Part shown: one piece after another, positions 62,782 through 64,000 of the stretch
Layout of the letters: every line of letters starts with the position of its first letter
Position numbering within the stretch: position 1 is the first letter of the stretch
Source: a virus
Direction: 5' to 3' (one strand)
IMG/VR virus record: IMGVR_UViG_3300035117_000094
Span: 1-64,000 of that record
Length of the DNA: 64,000 nt
Position numbers and translations under genes: made by a program
The notes under the pieces: model-generated
What the model was told of the DNA's origin: nothing
Databases searched by the model: none
What the model saw: the letters and a program-made list of their open reading frames with translations, nothing else

Positions 62782-64000
62782 CTAGGTGAGGTTCAGCGGG
62801 ATGTCAGCGTCAAACACCACGGCTCCCGTGCCAGTGGTCGCGTTGATGATGCTGATGTTGCCCGAGGTGTCGATCCGGCCGAACGCCGCCTGAGTGTAGC
62901 CCGTGCTCGTGTGGAAGGTCACGCCGAAGTCCACGCCGGTTGCCGACGTAGGCCAGTAGTTGCTGTCCGGCAGCGTGTAGAAGGTGGTGCCCGTCATGGC
63001 GCCCGAGCTGATGATGCCCCTGACGATCAGGTGGTTGCCCTCGGCGTTCATCCGGTACTGGAACGCGGGAGACTGCTGCGTCCAGCCGTTGAGGAGGCTG
63101 ACGGGCTTGTGCCAGGTTTCCGGCTTGGCCGGGGTGGCGCCCGGCTGGAACGGCGTGATGGTGCCCGTGAAGCCCTGCGCGAACTTGTTCCCGCCCGGGT
63201 CCGTCACCGCGAACGCCTCGACGGCGGCCACGGCGACGCCGGCCGGGTTCACGTAGGTGACGTACAGGCCGCCGGGGGCACCGGGGGCAGCGTAGTCCGG
63301 CGGCGGGCTGCCCGCCGCGAGCGCGGAGTACGTGAGCGTCAGGAACGGGGCGACGGAGCTGCCGTCTGGCGCGGCGGACCCCGGCCCGTAGACCTCGCAG
63401 TTGAACGCCTGGGCCGTGGGCTGGCCGTACGCCTCGAAGGTAGGGGACGCCCCCGGCCCGAGGATGATGGCCCCGGCGCGGTCCGGGTAGTTCAGCCCGA
63501 TGAGGGAGTCGTAGAAGCCCGTCTGGGTAAGGTCCATGGTCGCCGAGGCCGCCCCGGCCGGGATCACGAGCTGCCCGAGGCTCTGCTGGATGGTGCTGCC
63601 CGTGTAGCTGCCGGGCAGGACCGTGTCGAAGGAGTAGCTGACTTCGAGGATCACGGGGGCGGGATTCAGCGGGTTGGCGTTGAACACCGTCAGCGATACC
63701 TGCGTCACGTAATTGCTGACGTCGAAGAAGGTGAGGCTAGGGTCCGGGGTGAAGCCCAGCAGCGTGTACAGCGACGGGTCCAGCACGAGCATGCTGTTCT
63801 TCGCGCCGGTAGCGTAGTCGTTCGGCCCGGCGCCCGTGAACAGCAGCGAGTTAGTGCCCTGCTGGCCCGGGTTGTAGAGCGCCCCGGAGGCCGTGCCCCC
63901 GTTCGCGTCGGTGCCGTTGTAAGACGCCGCGCTGGTGAACCCGAACGTGGCCGCGCCGCCCGCCCCGGGGCTGGGAGTGCTGCCGCAGCCGCCGCCTCCG
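62782..64000 (-). CDS. Minor tail / fibre protein (5' truncated by window)
   Basis: Gly-rich GAPG; C-terminal W..VSLLNGW..QYR..V.G..TLP..P; frame appears open to the window end. Confidence 0.7.
   Translation of the reverse strand, partial: GGGGCGSTPSPGAGGAATFGFTSAASYNGTDANGGTASGALYNPGQQGTNSLLFTGAGPNDYATGAKNSMLVLDPSLYTLLGFTPDPSLTFFDVSNYVTQVSLTVFNANPLNPAPVILEVSYSFDTVLPGSYTGSTIQQSLGQLVIPAGAASATMDLTQTGFYDSLIGLNYPDRAGAIILGPGASPTFEAYGQPTAQAFNCEVYGPGSAAPDGSSVAPFLTLTYSALAAGSPPPDYAAPGAPGGLYVTYVNPAGVAVAAVEAFAVTDPGGNKFAQGFTGTITPFQPGATPAKPETWHKPVSLLNGWTQQSPAFQYRMNAEGNHLIVRGIISSGAMTGTTFYTLPDSNYWPTSATGVDFGVTFHTSTGYTQAAFGRIDTSGNISIINATTGTGAVVFDADIPLNLT

Overview
High-GC segment of an actinobacterial tailed-phage genome (no rRNA, CRISPR array or host housekeeping operon seen). 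Layout: (1) 1-2.2 kb is largely non-coding, with a 45-bp tandem repeat, operator-like motifs, a sigma-A-type promoter and a ~480-nt heavily base-paired RNA-like leader. (2) 1.9-13.8 kb is a + strand early-type region of about 30 small genes, cut into 1-4-gene units by two families of repeated structured elements (7 type-A, 3-4 type-B). Each element starts at or just after a stop codon and leads into the next RBS. (3) 13.8-23 kb and 37.5-61 kb are + strand middle/replication genes (ATPase, Ku, NlpC/P60-transglycosylase, prim-pol/helicase, nucleotidyltransferase, exonuclease, SSB, SNF2 helicase, PLD, RNA ligase, sigma factor, RuvC-like). About 17 copies of a SigR/SigH-like GGAAY-N18-G(T/C)T promoter lie in these regions. 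(4) 23-37.2 kb is a - strand block: HNH, tRNAs, vWA, endolysin, fibre-like proteins, two glycosyltransferase-like paralogs and a family A DNA polymerase, ending at an AT-rich putative origin. (5) - strand minor tail genes run off the right end. There are three plausible tRNAs (fMet-like, Asn, Gln) and four tRNA-shaped RNAs whose anticodon arms are remodelled or missing. The best candidates for undescribed systems are the repeat-punctuated early cassette array with its large leader RNA, the anticodon-less tRNA mimics, and the ECF-type promoter regulon. All protein calls come from motif recognition by eye; no database searches were run.
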